Assembly: GCA_040260805.1 (NCBI GenBank)
Contig: JBDQPD010000036.1
Span: 1-32,911, forward strand
Direction: 5' to 3'
DNA length: 32,911 nucleotides
DNA from: Myxococcota bacterium
Lineage (GTDB): Bacteria > Myxococcota > UBA4151
A program made the position numbers and the translations under genes. Under the pieces are notes generated by a model that was given only the letters and a program-made list of their open reading frames with translations, searched no databases and was not told the DNA's origin. Positions 17,841 through 27,166 of this stretch are shown in pieces (the stretch's first letter is position 1; the number at the start of each line of letters is the position of its first letter).

Positions 17841-20800
17841 TGATCTTTACCGCACTTTTATTGGCTTCGCCGAGTCTGGAGTTGGTCGTTGAGCCCAAAC
17901 TCCCAAACGCTGAGCTCCAATCCATTGCGCGCTACGTCCAAAGTGCAGGCCTCGGCGGCACACCCGTCGAAGTGATCAAAAGGTTAACCCAACGCCTAAG
18001 CGCGCTTGATCGTTTCGTCTCGCCGAGGTGCACGGTGATCAAAGCAGCTTACCGCTGCATCGCCCAAGAGAGCCCGAGAATTGCAGACTTGCGAATTGTC
18101 GGCGAGCTCCCTTTTGGGATCTTACGCAGCGACCTTGAACGACGCTCGAGCTTGCGCGCCGGACGCCGCTTGCCGGCTTCGGATTACGGCGCCCAAGACA
18201 AGCCCTACGCAGAACTGCTGACTAAAATCAGCAGACGCTTAGCGCGCTTTGTCGATGAACGAGGTTATCATGGAACCCAAGTTGACATCGAACTGGCAAA
18301 GCATCCCCGGGGGGCGAACTGGCGTCAGGTCACCTTACGAGTTTCGCTGGGTGTTCATCTGCGCTGGGGCACCCTCGATATCGTTGGCTTACCGCGACTA
18401 GAGGCTGAAGCCATGCGCCAACGGCTCAGACGTTTAGGCGGCGCTTTTCGAGCTGATACTCTGCGTGATCGAGTCGCTGAAGAAGAACAGTCGCTTCGAA
18501 AAGCGGGTTACGTCGAGACCAGCATCGACGCTCAAATCGAGCGCCGGAAAAGCTTGGTCGATGTCCGCCTGCATGTGAACCGCGGCATGCTCTTACAGAT
18601 CCAGTTTCAAGGCCCGCTAAAAATCGCTCGCTCGGTGCTGCGTAAAGCGCTGACCTTCGCCAGCTCAAGGGCGGTCAATGACGATCAAATCAACGCCAGC
18701 ATCGAAGCGCTGAAAAATCTCTACCAAGCGCGCGGTTATTTCCGCCCAGCGATTCGAGCTGAGGACCCACAACTCGCGGCGATTGACGCCCAGGAAACGG
18801 CGCTGAAGCGACAGATCACGCGCATCCGAAGGCTCTATAAAGGCAAGGTTAAAGAGCGCCGTTCACGGCTCGCAAAAATCGCCAACCAACGCCAAGAGTT
18901 GAGGCTCATCCGGCGACAAATAGCGGCTCAATCACGCGAATTTAGACGGCTCGTATTTCACATCAATCCAGGGCGGCATGCGCGCTGCGCCGAGGTGCAC
19001 ATCGCAGGCATCCCCCAGCGCTTAGAGCACGAAATTATTACCGCTGAGATCCTAGGCACCCGCCCCCCCCAATTGGGTCGTCATGATGGTCGACTGGTCG
19101 ATCAGGTCCTCAAAGAAGACGAAGCACGCATCGCGAATTATCTCGAAAATAAAGGTTGGTTAGTCAGCTACGTTGAACACCAGTTGTTGTTGCTTGCCAG
19201 CGGTGATCTCAGGGTCGGGTTTGTGGTCAGCGCAAGCCCTCCAACCTTTGTGCGATCTATCGCGCTCGTCGGCGTTTCAGACGGCGAAGATGATGACTGG
19301 GACGACGAAGAGGATGAAGAAGAAGAAGATACCTCTGCGCAACCTGTCGAAGATCTCTACAGCCCTTTGATCCAAGCTCTGCAGATCAAGGCCGGCTCAC
19401 CCTTGCTTGAAAATACCGCCGAATTACTGCGGGAACGTACGCTAAGCTTTTATCGGCGGCGAGGTTACCCAGGAACCGAAATCGATGTCCAAATGAGCCT
19501 GACCGGAGACGGTGCTCAGTTTCGACTGATCGTCACCGAAGGTCGCCGCGTCCGCTACGGCGGCATGATGCTCAGCGGCACCCATAGAACCAAGAGAAAG
19601 CTCGTACTGGCCGCCTTCAAAGAGGCAAAACCCGGCGAACCCTTTAACCCCCAGGTCTTTGCCAAAGCCGCTGCGATTCTTAGGAGTTGGCGCGTTTTTC
19701 GACGGGTGCGTGTACGTTATCTAGGCTTACTCGAGCAGAGCGATTTGGTCTTCGTCGATGTCAGCGTTGATGAGGGAGTGAGCCAAACCTTAGACCTGAC
19801 CTTTGGCTACTCGATCGAAGATCATTTTCAGACCTCACTGGCCTGGCAAGATCGCAACGTCTTTGGGCGCGCTTGGCACTTTGAAACGCGCGGTATCTTT
19901 GGATTGTTTATCGGTCGACGGTCTGAACTGCGCGGCGCGCTAAAGATGCCCCGTCTACTCGGGCCCAACACCGACCTGAGCGTCGAGCCCAAGGTCTACT
20001 ATCGTGAACCCAACCGCGCCTTTCCAACGCTCACCCCAGAGGTCTTTGGGCTCGAAGACGATTATGACCTGATCCTCAAAGGAGTGGTCAAAGTCGCTCA
20101 TCGTTTCAGCCGCTTTTCAACAGTTCAGGCGAACTACACCTATGCGCTCGACCGTGATGTTAATGAAGGCACCGCATCCGCTGTGTACACCGGCGCAACC
20201 TCGCTCGAGGGCAACTGGCTTCGCGTCGATAACCCGTTCAATCCGAAAAGCGGAATGCACCTCAAAGGAACGCTAAAGTTTGCGTCGCCTTGGCTAGCTG
20301 GCGACGCCAACTTTGTCAGCGCCGTAGGGCACGGCACGGTGTACCTACCGGTCGGAAAAACCATCCTCGCTGCCAACGTTCGCGGCGGCGCACTGATGGA
20401 GCTTGGAGGCTCTCGTGTGATCGCCGGATCTGATCTGTATCGCTTGGGTGGCGAGCGAACGATTCGCGGCTTTGCCCTTGATTCGATTCGGCTGTTTCGA
20501 GACCAAGACACCGATCTCAGTTCAGGCCGCGAAGGTCACGCAACACGCTTCATGTCCTCGTCGGTGGAGCTGCGCATCCCCCTTGGAGCGCAACGTGCCA
20601 ACAGCGGTTTTGGTGTGACCGTATTTTCGGACATCGGGTGGGTCGGGGCAGACGATTTCGATACCCCTTATGGTTCGAGTTTAGGCTGGAGCAACGGCCT
20701 GGCTGCCAACTATGTGTTACCGATCGGGCCCGTTGGCTTGGTCATCGCGCATCAAACGCAACGCCCTGATCGCCCGACTGGGTTTGAGCTACCTGATCGA

Positions 20801-20872
20801 TCCGATTATCAAATGGCTCCCATTTTGCCCGAGCGCATCGGTTACCACATCTCGATGGGCTACATCTTCTAA
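17840..20872 (+). CDS. Omp85 family (TamA/BamA-like) outer membrane protein with POTRA domains
   Basis: Repeated Y...GY POTRA motifs, DRNVFGRA, RVDNPFNPKSG, YRLGGERTIRGF loop-6 motif, LPIGPV, terminal beta-signal YHISMGYIF. Confidence 0.88.
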   Translation: MIFTALLLASPSLELVVEPKLPNAELQSIARYVQSAGLGGTPVEVIKRLTQRLSALDRFVSPRCTVIKAAYRCIAQESPRIADLRIVGELPFGILRSDLERRSSLRAGRRLPASDYGAQDKPYAELLTKISRRLARFVDERGYHGTQVDIELAKHPRGANWRQVTLRVSLGVHLRWGTLDIVGLPRLEAEAMRQRLRRLGGAFRADTLRDRVAEEEQSLRKAGYVETSIDAQIERRKSLVDVRLHVNRGMLLQIQFQGPLKIARSVLRKALTFASSRAVNDDQINASIEALKNLYQARGYFRPAIRAEDPQLAAIDAQETALKRQITRIRRLYKGKVKERRSRLAKIANQRQELRLIRRQIAAQSREFRRLVFHINPGRHARCAEVHIAGIPQRLEHEIITAEILGTRPPQLGRHDGRLVDQVLKEDEARIANYLENKGWLVSYVEHQLLLLASGDLRVGFVVSASPPTFVRSIALVGVSDGEDDDWDDEEDEEEEDTSAQPVEDLYSPLIQALQIKAGSPLLENTAELLRERTLSFYRRRGYPGTEIDVQMSLTGDGAQFRLIVTEGRRVRYGGMMLSGTHRTKRKLVLAAFKEAKPGEPFNPQVFAKAAAILRSWRVFRRVRVRYLGLLEQSDLVFVDVSVDEGVSQTLDLTFGYSIEDHFQTSLAWQDRNVFGRAWHFETRGIFGLFIGRRSELRGALKMPRLLGPNTDLSVEPKVYYREPNRAFPTLTPEVFGLEDDYDLILKGVVKVAHRFSRFSTVQANYTYALDRDVNEGTASAVYTGATSLEGNWLRVDNPFNPKSGMHLKGTLKFASPWLAGDANFVSAVGHGTVYLPVGKTILAANVRGGALMELGGSRVIAGSDLYRLGGERTIRGFALDSIRLFRDQDTDLSSGREGHATRFMSSSVELRIPLGAQRANSGFGVTVFSDIGWVGADDFDTPYGSSLGWSNGLAANYVLPIGPVGLVIAHQTQRPDRPTGFELPDRSDYQMAPILPERIGYHISMGYIF

Positions 20873-20917
20873 TCCACTGCGCAGAGCGTGCGCTCGCGCA
20901 GGGCTTCAACACAGGTT

Positions 20918-21739
20918 ATGGTCTTGGACACACAACGTATCGGTTTACAGTTTGATCAAGCTGGCTTGCTCGGACTCCCAGGCACTCAGCGTTTTTCGCT
21001 CAGCGAACCCGGGTTCGACATTCCAAACTGCTCACCCGAGCTGCTCGCAATCGCTCAGCGCGGCTGGGAAGACCGGTTGCGGTCAGAGTACGTCGGCGTC
21101 ATGGTCATGCGGCGTTTTCACGGCCTGCTCGTCGATTTAAACGCACCGATGGACCTGCAAGAAGTTGGCATCATGCTCACCTTGCATGAGCAGCAACATA
21201 CCAGACTGTGTGCCGCGGCTGCTCAGGCGATTGGGAGTGACCTTCATCTGGGCTTTGACCTCGCGGAGCTCCAACAAGCTCGGACACAAGAGCCCTTAGA
21301 AGAGCAACTCTGGATGATGATTATCGGCACCCTGATATGCGGTGAAGGCGTCGCCCTTGAGTTGCTCAAGCAAAGTCTTACTGAGCTTCCACGCACAGGA
21401 TTTTGCGAGGTCTTAAGATCGATCGCTCGAGACGAGGTTTTGCACGCCTCACTCGGTTTTAAGCTCTTGGTCGAAATTCGCAACTCGACGACGGGATGGT
21501 TAACCTACCCCGGAGACGACTGGGTGAGCGGTTTAGTGACCCAACAACTGCGCGCCATGCGTCTAAGAGATGTTGTTGAAGCGGATGAAGCGGCCTTCTT
21601 TGAGACGCCAGATCAAGCGGATCACATGCGTCAACTTGGAATTCCCAATAGTCAGGACTTTGTGGGTGCCTATCGCCGCGCCATCGACACGGTGATTCCC
21701 GCGAAACTCAAGCAAGCAGGGGTCGATCTCAGCGGATAA
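20918..21739 (+). CDS. Ferritin-like (carboxylate di-iron) domain protein
   Basis: W..R..SE (E codon 21086), HEQQH (21185-21199), CGEG (E codon 21344), DEVLH (21431-21445) give the E/ExxH/E/ExxH pattern; no signal peptide; ATG 20918 (alternative GTG 20888). Confidence 0.8.
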   Translation: MVLDTQRIGLQFDQAGLLGLPGTQRFSLSEPGFDIPNCSPELLAIAQRGWEDRLRSEYVGVMVMRRFHGLLVDLNAPMDLQEVGIMLTLHEQQHTRLCAAAAQAIGSDLHLGFDLAELQQARTQEPLEEQLWMMIIGTLICGEGVALELLKQSLTELPRTGFCEVLRSIARDEVLHASLGFKLLVEIRNSTTGWLTYPGDDWVSGLVTQQLRAMRLRDVVEADEAAFFETPDQADHMRQLGIPNSQDFVGAYRRAIDTVIPAKLKQAGVDLSG

Positions 21740-21742
21740 AAC

Positions 21743-21766
21743 TGTTAGGATTCAACCCATCGGAGG
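21743..21766 (+). promoter_or_regulatory. Possible extended -10 element and Shine-Dalgarno for the lipoprotein gene
   Basis: TG-t-TAGGAT at 21743-21751; GGAGG at 21762-21766 before ATG 21771. Confidence 0.35.
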
Positions 21767-21770
21767 ATGA

Positions 21771-22436
21771 ATGAGCTCAAAAACCAGCACCCATATGATT
21801 ATTGGCGGTAGTCTCCTTTTTGCAGGTTGCGGCGAAGAGACGGTGAATCCTCCAACGATTGATGCGGGGCCTCAAACCGTCGATGCGGGCTCGCCGGCCG
21901 ACACCGGCGTGACGGCGGCTGACACTGGCGTCGTTGCGGACACCGGGCCCTTGCTCGATACCGGGCCTGCTCCGGTGGATGCAGGATCGGTAGAGGCTGG
22001 ACCTGAGCCGGTCGACGCCGGTCCGCCCGCAGTGCCACCCAACAATGGCGATCGGTGCACCGATCGAGGCGACGTCTATTGCGCTGCGGGTTTGGCGACC
22101 TTCTACTGCACCGGCACGCACTGGCAGCGAACCGACAACTACGATTGTGACGCCTGCGAAGAGGGCGTTGACTTTGATGGGTATTCCGAAGCGATGTGCG
22201 GGGTGCTCGGTGGAGCTGAATGCTCGCACAGGAACCAGGCATTTTGTGACGAGCAGCTGCGCCCCGAAGCCGTCTGCGGGATCCGGTGGCAGACGCTCGA
22301 TAACGACGGCATGTGCTCGCCCTGCGAAGTCGATCAGTCAGGCTATCTAACGACGGCCTGCGCCGTGCCCGGTTTTATCGGACTTCATCGAGCCGGCCAA
22401 TCGCGCCACCCTGGCCAAAGCATAAGGCGTCCATAG
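21771..22436 (+). CDS. Lipoprotein with D(A/T)G low-complexity linker and two tandem 6-Cys modules
   Basis: Lipobox LFAGC; nine xD(A/T)G or EAG units; two aligned Cys modules; basic C-terminal tail; GGAGG RBS. Confidence 0.8.
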   Translation: MSSKTSTHMIIGGSLLFAGCGEETVNPPTIDAGPQTVDAGSPADTGVTAADTGVVADTGPLLDTGPAPVDAGSVEAGPEPVDAGPPAVPPNNGDRCTDRGDVYCAAGLATFYCTGTHWQRTDNYDCDACEEGVDFDGYSEAMCGVLGGAECSHRNQAFCDEQLRPEAVCGIRWQTLDNDGMCSPCEVDQSGYLTTACAVPGFIGLHRAGQSRHPGQSIRRP

Positions 22437-22519
22437 AGCTTTAAAACGCGCCTTTGAGCTTGCACCAAACAATCTAGAAACGTAGCGGGGCACGCCCGCT
22501 GACAGGCAGGCTATTAATC

Positions 22520-22610
22520 TCCACGCTTGAGGCTGGAGATCCATCCGGGGTGATCACGTCTTCGTACGTCGATTGGGTGGATTACTCAGGCGGTCGTTTA
22601 ACCCGAAAGG
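22520..22610 (+). promoter_or_regulatory. rpsB 5' leader RNA (t44 / S2 autoregulatory element-like)
   Basis: Nested stems CGCTTGAG(22524-31)/CTCAGGCG(22585-92) and ATCCATCC(22539-46)/GGGTGGAT(22575-82), GGGGTG motif, apical ACGT-CTTCGT-ACGT hairpin, then TTAACCC and AAAGGA RBS, directly upstream of rpsB. Confidence 0.7.
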
Positions 22611-22618
22611 AACGCTCG

Positions 22619-23440
22619 ATGAGCAAAAGCAAATTGTCCATGAAGAAGATGCTCGAAGTGGGTGCCCACTTCGGTCACCGTGTGTCGCGCTGGAACCCTA
22701 AGATGAAGCCGTTCATCTTTGGAGCACGCAACGGGATCTACATCCTCAACCTTCAAGAGACTCACTACCGTTTCGCTAAAGCCTATGAGTTCATCGCTAA
22801 GATGTCCTCCAAGGGTGACCAGTTGCTCTTTGTGGGCACCAAGACGGCTGCCGCTGAGACCCTGCGCGAGCAGGCAGAACGGGCCGGGCAGCCCTACGTC
22901 ACCGAGCGCTGGCTTGGTGGCACGCTGACCAACTGGGGAACCATTCGCCAAAGCGTCGATCGCTTGCGCAAGCTTGAGAAGTTGCTCGGCGACCAGGTCG
23001 CGGTCACCAGCTACACCAAGAAGGAACAACTCGACATGGAGCGCTCCATGGCGAAGCTTGAGCGTAACCTCTCAGGTATTCGTGATATGAAGCGCCGTCC
23101 TGGCGCCGTGTTCATTGTCGACATCAACCGTGAAGCCATCGCCGTTCGCGAAGCGCGTCGCTTGAACATCCCGGTGATCGCGCTGGTCGATACCAACTGC
23201 GACCCCGACGTCGTCGACTTCCCGATTCCGGCAAACGATGACGCCATCCGCTGCATCGAGCTGTTTGCTTCGACCCTGGCTGACGCCTGCGTTGAAGGCG
23301 CCGCTCGATTCAAAGATGAGCAGGCACGTCGTCCGAAGAAGGAAGCCGCTGCGAAAGATAAAGCCCGCGAAGAAGGTGGTCCTGAAGTCGCTGTGATTCA
23401 CAGCGCCAAGAAGGACGCCAAAGAAACCGAAGCAGAATAA
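22619..23440 (+). CDS. rpsB: 30S ribosomal protein S2
   Basis: MLEVGAHFGH..RWNPKM, LFVGTK, RWLGGTLTNW, DTNCDPD..PANDDAIR; ATG 22619 after AAAGGA. Confidence 0.98.
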   Translation: MSKSKLSMKKMLEVGAHFGHRVSRWNPKMKPFIFGARNGIYILNLQETHYRFAKAYEFIAKMSSKGDQLLFVGTKTAAAETLREQAERAGQPYVTERWLGGTLTNWGTIRQSVDRLRKLEKLLGDQVAVTSYTKKEQLDMERSMAKLERNLSGIRDMKRRPGAVFIVDINREAIAVREARRLNIPVIALVDTNCDPDVVDFPIPANDDAIRCIELFASTLADACVEGAARFKDEQARRPKKEAAAKDKAREEGGPEVAVIHSAKKDAKETEAE

Positions 23441-23452
23441 GGAATCGATTCG

Positions 23453-24337
23453 ATGAAGATTACCGCTTCTCAGGTCAAGGAACTGCGCGAGCGCACAGGC
23501 GCTGGCATGATGGATTGCCGCAAGGCATTGGTGGAGAGCGAAGGCAACCTCGATGAGGCTGTCGAAGTTCTCCGTAAAGCTGGCGCAGCGAAGGCAGCCA
23601 AGAAAGCCGGTCGAGTCGCCGCTGAAGGCTTGGTCGATGCGTCGATCATGGCCGACGGCACCGCCGTCTTAGTTGAGGTCAACTGCGAAACCGACTTTGT
23701 CGCTCGCAACGAGAGCTTCCGCAGCTTCGTCGAGACCATCAAATCAACCATCGCTGAAGACGGCGCTGAAGGCGTCGCGTCAAAGGTCGATGTTCAGCGC
23801 ACCGAGCTTGTGGCGACCATCGGTGAGAACATCAACGTGCGTCGCGCCGAGCGATTCGCAGGGGATGCCTCGAACTTCGCCTATGTTCACCCAGGCAACC
23901 GAATTGCGGTGATTCTTAAGCTTGAAGGTGGCGACGGCTCAAGCGCCATGACCACCTTTGGTAAAGACCTCTGCTTTCACATCGCAGCGATGAACCCGCT
24001 TTGCACGAGCCCTGATGACGTCCCTTCAGATGTTATCGAGCAAGAAAAGCGCATCGCTCGTGAGCAGTTGATGGCGGAAGGTAAACCAGAAGCGATGATC
24101 GATAAGATCATCCCGGGTAAGCTCAAACGATTCTACAAGGATCGTTGCCTGCTGAATCAAGAGGCCGCCATGGGCGATGATGGCGTCACCAACCAGGCGC
24201 TCTTAGACCAACTGGTCAAAGCGATCGACGCGCCGGTTCAGGTCGGCGGTTTTATGCGCTACGAGCTGGGTGAAGGTATCGAGAAAAAAGAAGATAACCT
24301 TGCGGCTGAGGTCGCAGCGATGACCGGCGGTGCGTGA
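23453..24337 (+). CDS. tsf: Elongation factor Ts
   Basis: VKELRERTGAGMMDCRKAL, AAEG, EVNCETDFVA, HIAAMNP, RYELGEGIEKK. Confidence 0.98.
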   Translation: MKITASQVKELRERTGAGMMDCRKALVESEGNLDEAVEVLRKAGAAKAAKKAGRVAAEGLVDASIMADGTAVLVEVNCETDFVARNESFRSFVETIKSTIAEDGAEGVASKVDVQRTELVATIGENINVRRAERFAGDASNFAYVHPGNRIAVILKLEGGDGSSAMTTFGKDLCFHIAAMNPLCTSPDDVPSDVIEQEKRIAREQLMAEGKPEAMIDKIIPGKLKRFYKDRCLLNQEAAMGDDGVTNQALLDQLVKAIDAPVQVGGFMRYELGEGIEKKEDNLAAEVAAMTGGA

Positions 24338-25051
24338 GTGAGCTATCAACGCGTCCTGCTGAAACTCAGCGGAGAAGCTTTGCAAGGAGGCCAGGGCTAC
24401 GGGGTTGACCCCGAAGTCCTGGCTGATTTGTCTTCAGAGCTCGCTGAGATCCATGCAACAGGGACGCAACTCGGCCTGGTTCTAGGCGGCGGCAACATCT
24501 TCCGTGGCGTCGCCGGTGCAAGCGCTGGGATGGATCGTGCTCATGCCGATTATATGGGCATGCTCGCCACCGTGATCAACGCCCTGGCGATGCAAGATGC
24601 GCTTGAAAAGGCAGGGGTTCCGACCCGTGTGATGACGGCGATTAATATGCCCGAAGTTGCAGAGCCTTACATTCGGCGCCGAGCCATTTCACATCTGAGC
24701 AAGGGCACGGTGGTCATCTTCGCTGCTGGAACCGGTAACCCGTTCTTTACGACCGATACAGCCGCTGCGCTGCGCGCCATGGAAGTTGGCGCTGATGTGA
24801 TTCTCAAAGGGACCAAAGTCGACGGGATCTACGAAGAAGATCCGATGAAAAACCCTCACGCACGGCGCTTTGAAGAAATCGGTTATACCGAGGTGCTCAA
24901 ACGAAGGCTTGAGGTGATGGACGCCACTGCGATTAGCTTATGCCGTGAAAACGGAATGCCCATTGCAGTGTTCAATATGAATGGCCGTGGTAACATCGCC
25001 CGTATGATCGCTGGAGATACATCGATCGGCACGGTGGTGGTCCCGGACTAA
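24338..25051 (+). CDS. pyrH: UMP kinase
   Basis: [52 protein letters not shown] start. Confidence 0.98.
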   Translation: MSYQRVLLKLSGEALQGGQGYGVDPEVLADLSSELAEIHATGTQLGLVLGGGNIFRGVAGASAGMDRAHADYMGMLATVINALAMQDALEKAGVPTRVMTAINMPEVAEPYIRRRAISHLSKGTVVIFAAGTGNPFFTTDTAAALRAMEVGADVILKGTKVDGIYEEDPMKNPHARRFEEIGYTEVLKRRLEVMDATAISLCRENGMPIAVFNMNGRGNIARMIAGDTSIGTVVVPD

Positions 25052-25062
25052 GAGGTAACAAG

Positions 25063-25620
25063 ATGATCAACGAAGTGCTCGAAGAAGTGCAAAGCACCAT
25101 GGAAGCTACTATCGAGGCGATTCGTCGCGACTTGTCCCGACTCCGAACAGGGCGCGCAAACGCCAACATGCTTGAGCCGGTGCGAGTCGACTATTATGGC
25201 TCGATGACCCCGCTTTCACAGATGGCGAGCGTCACCGTTCCTGAGGCCCGGATGCTGCAGGTCAAACCCTGGGATAAATCAGTTATTTCCGACATCGAGC
25301 GCGCCTTACATGAAGCCAATCTTGGGGTCTCGCCCCAAAACGACGGTGAGGTCATTCGCCTTATTTTCCCACCAACGACCGAAGAGCGCCGGCGCGAGTT
25401 TGTCAAAGAGGCATGGACTCACATCGAAAATGGGAAGATATCGATTCGCAACAAACGCCGTGATGGCAACGACATGCTCAAAGAACTCGAGAAAGAGGGC
25501 GAGATCGGTGAAGACGAGCTCAAGGGCGGCTTGAGCCGTGTCCAAGAGTTGACCGACTCAAACACCAAAGCGCTCGATGACCTGGGTAAATCCAAAGAAG
25601 AAGAGATTCTGACCGTTTAG
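25063..25620 (+). CDS. frr: Ribosome recycling factor
   Basis: LRTGRAN, VDYYG..PL.QMASV, PQNDG.VIRL.FPP.TEERR. Confidence 0.98.
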   Translation: MINEVLEEVQSTMEATIEAIRRDLSRLRTGRANANMLEPVRVDYYGSMTPLSQMASVTVPEARMLQVKPWDKSVISDIERALHEANLGVSPQNDGEVIRLIFPPTTEERRREFVKEAWTHIENGKISIRNKRRDGNDMLKELEKEGEIGEDELKGGLSRVQELTDSNTKALDDLGKSKEEEILTV

Positions 25621-25637
25621 CGGTCATCTGCGCCGCT

Positions 25638-26345
25638 ATGCCAAATGTTCCACGCCATGTTGCGATCATCATGGACGGCAATGGCCGCTGGGCGAAAAAT
25701 CAACAACTTGATCGGCTCGCCGGGCATCAAGCCGGCGCTGACACAGTCCGCCGAGTGACCACTCGAGCGCGCGAGTGCGGCGTCGAATCACTGACTCTTT
25801 ATGCGTTCTCGACCGAGAACTGGCAGCGACCTAAAGCCGAGGTCGCCGGTCTCTGGACCTTGCTGGTCAAGTTCTTGAAGTCGGAGCTCCCCACCCTGCT
25901 CAAAAACCAGATCGGGTTGTGCCTGATCGGTGACCCCGGTCCAATTCCTAAGATCGCTCAAAAGACCCTGCAGTCGGTCATTGAGCGGACGACTGGCGAG
26001 ACCGAAATGACCCTCAACTTGGCGCTCAACTATGGAGCCAAAGCTGAGTTGATCAACGCACTCAAACAGCTGAACAAAAACGGTGAGCCCATCGATGAGC
26101 ATCATCTAGAGGGTCATCTCTACACGGCAGGTCAGGCGCCCGTCGACCTCCTCATACGCACTGGCGGCGAGCGTCGGTTGAGCAACTTCTTGCTTTGGCA
26201 GGCAGCCTACGCCGAACTGTACTTTACGGACACGCTTTGGCCTGATTACACGGCGGATGACTTCGATCACGCCTTGGCAGATTTTGCCGGTAGAGAGCGT
26301 CGTTTCGGATTAACCAGCGACCAATTGCGTAAGGTAGCCCCATGA
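25638..26345 (+). CDS. uppS: Undecaprenyl/polyprenyl diphosphate synthase
   Basis: PRHVAIIMDGNGRWA, YAFSTENWQRP, DLLIRTGGERRLSNFLLWQAAYAE, RERRFG. Confidence 0.97.
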   Translation: MPNVPRHVAIIMDGNGRWAKNQQLDRLAGHQAGADTVRRVTTRARECGVESLTLYAFSTENWQRPKAEVAGLWTLLVKFLKSELPTLLKNQIGLCLIGDPGPIPKIAQKTLQSVIERTTGETEMTLNLALNYGAKAELINALKQLNKNGEPIDEHHLEGHLYTAGQAPVDLLIRTGGERRLSNFLLWQAAYAELYFTDTLWPDYTADDFDHALADFAGRERRFGLTSDQLRKVAP

Positions 26346-27166
26346 ATCTTTTAGTGCGCGCAGCCTCGGTGTTGGTTCTTTTACCGGTCGTACTCGCTGC
26401 CATTCATTTTGGCGGGCTTTACTTCTTTAGTTTGTTGACCGTCGCAGTCGCTATCGCCTTGCATGAGGGCTTAGGCTTAGTCCTCCCGGATCTCAAACAA
26501 CGACGTATTCAAGCGATCATTTTGGGCGCCACGCTCGGTGGGCTCGCCGCCTTGATTCAAATGGAATCGATGCCGGTAGCAGCGGGTTTGGCTTTGCTGC
26601 TCCTTGGCGCTGTTTTGAGCGCTGCGGAGGTGGTCGCTCGACCGGGCGATCTCGAGTCGGCGGCTCGACGCTGGCAAGGCGCTGTATTCGTCGCCGTCTA
26701 CGCGGGCGTTCCTTTGCTCCTGCTGCTGGCTTTGCGCCAGCTAGGACCCAGCGACGCCGGCGTACGCTTTATTTACCTGTGTATGGCGGCGACATGGTCG
26801 AACGATACGATGGCTTATTTCGCTGGGCGAAGCTTTGGAAAGCACAAGATGCACCCAGCCATCTCGCCCAAAAAGACCTGGGAAGGTTTAGCGGGTGGCG
26901 TCATCGGCTGCATCGCCGCAGCGCTAATTTGTCGGGCGGCTTTCCTTCCCGAAATCAGCGTCGTTGAAGCCTTCGTGTATGGCGCGGTGATGGCGCCTCT
27001 TGTCCCCCTTGGTGATCTCGCTGAGAGCGTCCTCAAGCGAGCGGCTGGCGTCAAAGACAGCGGTCAATTGATTCCGGGTCATGGTGGTCTTTTGGACCGC
27101 GTGGATGCGCTGCTCTTCGCCCTGCCCTGGACTTACTTGGTCGCGCTGTTCACGCTGCGTCCATGA
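26342..27166 (+). CDS. cdsA: Phosphatidate cytidylyltransferase
   Basis: Multi-TM; DTMAYFAGR.FGKHK, ISPKKTWEG, GDLAESVLKRAAGVKDSG.LIPGHGGLLDRVD. Confidence 0.97.
   Translation: MNLLVRAASVLVLLPVVLAAIHFGGLYFFSLLTVAVAIALHEGLGLVLPDLKQRRIQAIILGATLGGLAALIQMESMPVAAGLALLLLGAVLSAAEVVARPGDLESAARRWQGAVFVAVYAGVPLLLLLALRQLGPSDAGVRFIYLCMAATWSNDTMAYFAGRSFGKHKMHPAISPKKTWEGLAGGVIGCIAAALICRAAFLPEISVVEAFVYGAVMAPLVPLGDLAESVLKRAAGVKDSGQLIPGHGGLLDRVDALLFALPWTYLVALFTLRP

Noticed and set aside
21768..21774. TGAATGA as a second FadR-like site
   Set aside because: Half-site only; explained by RBS and start codon sequence
22460..22500. TTGCAC element and AGCGGG/CCCGCT hairpin as rpsB promoter or terminator
   Set aside because: The -10 at 17 nt spacing (TAGCGG) is poor and the hairpin lacks a U-tract; cannot assign
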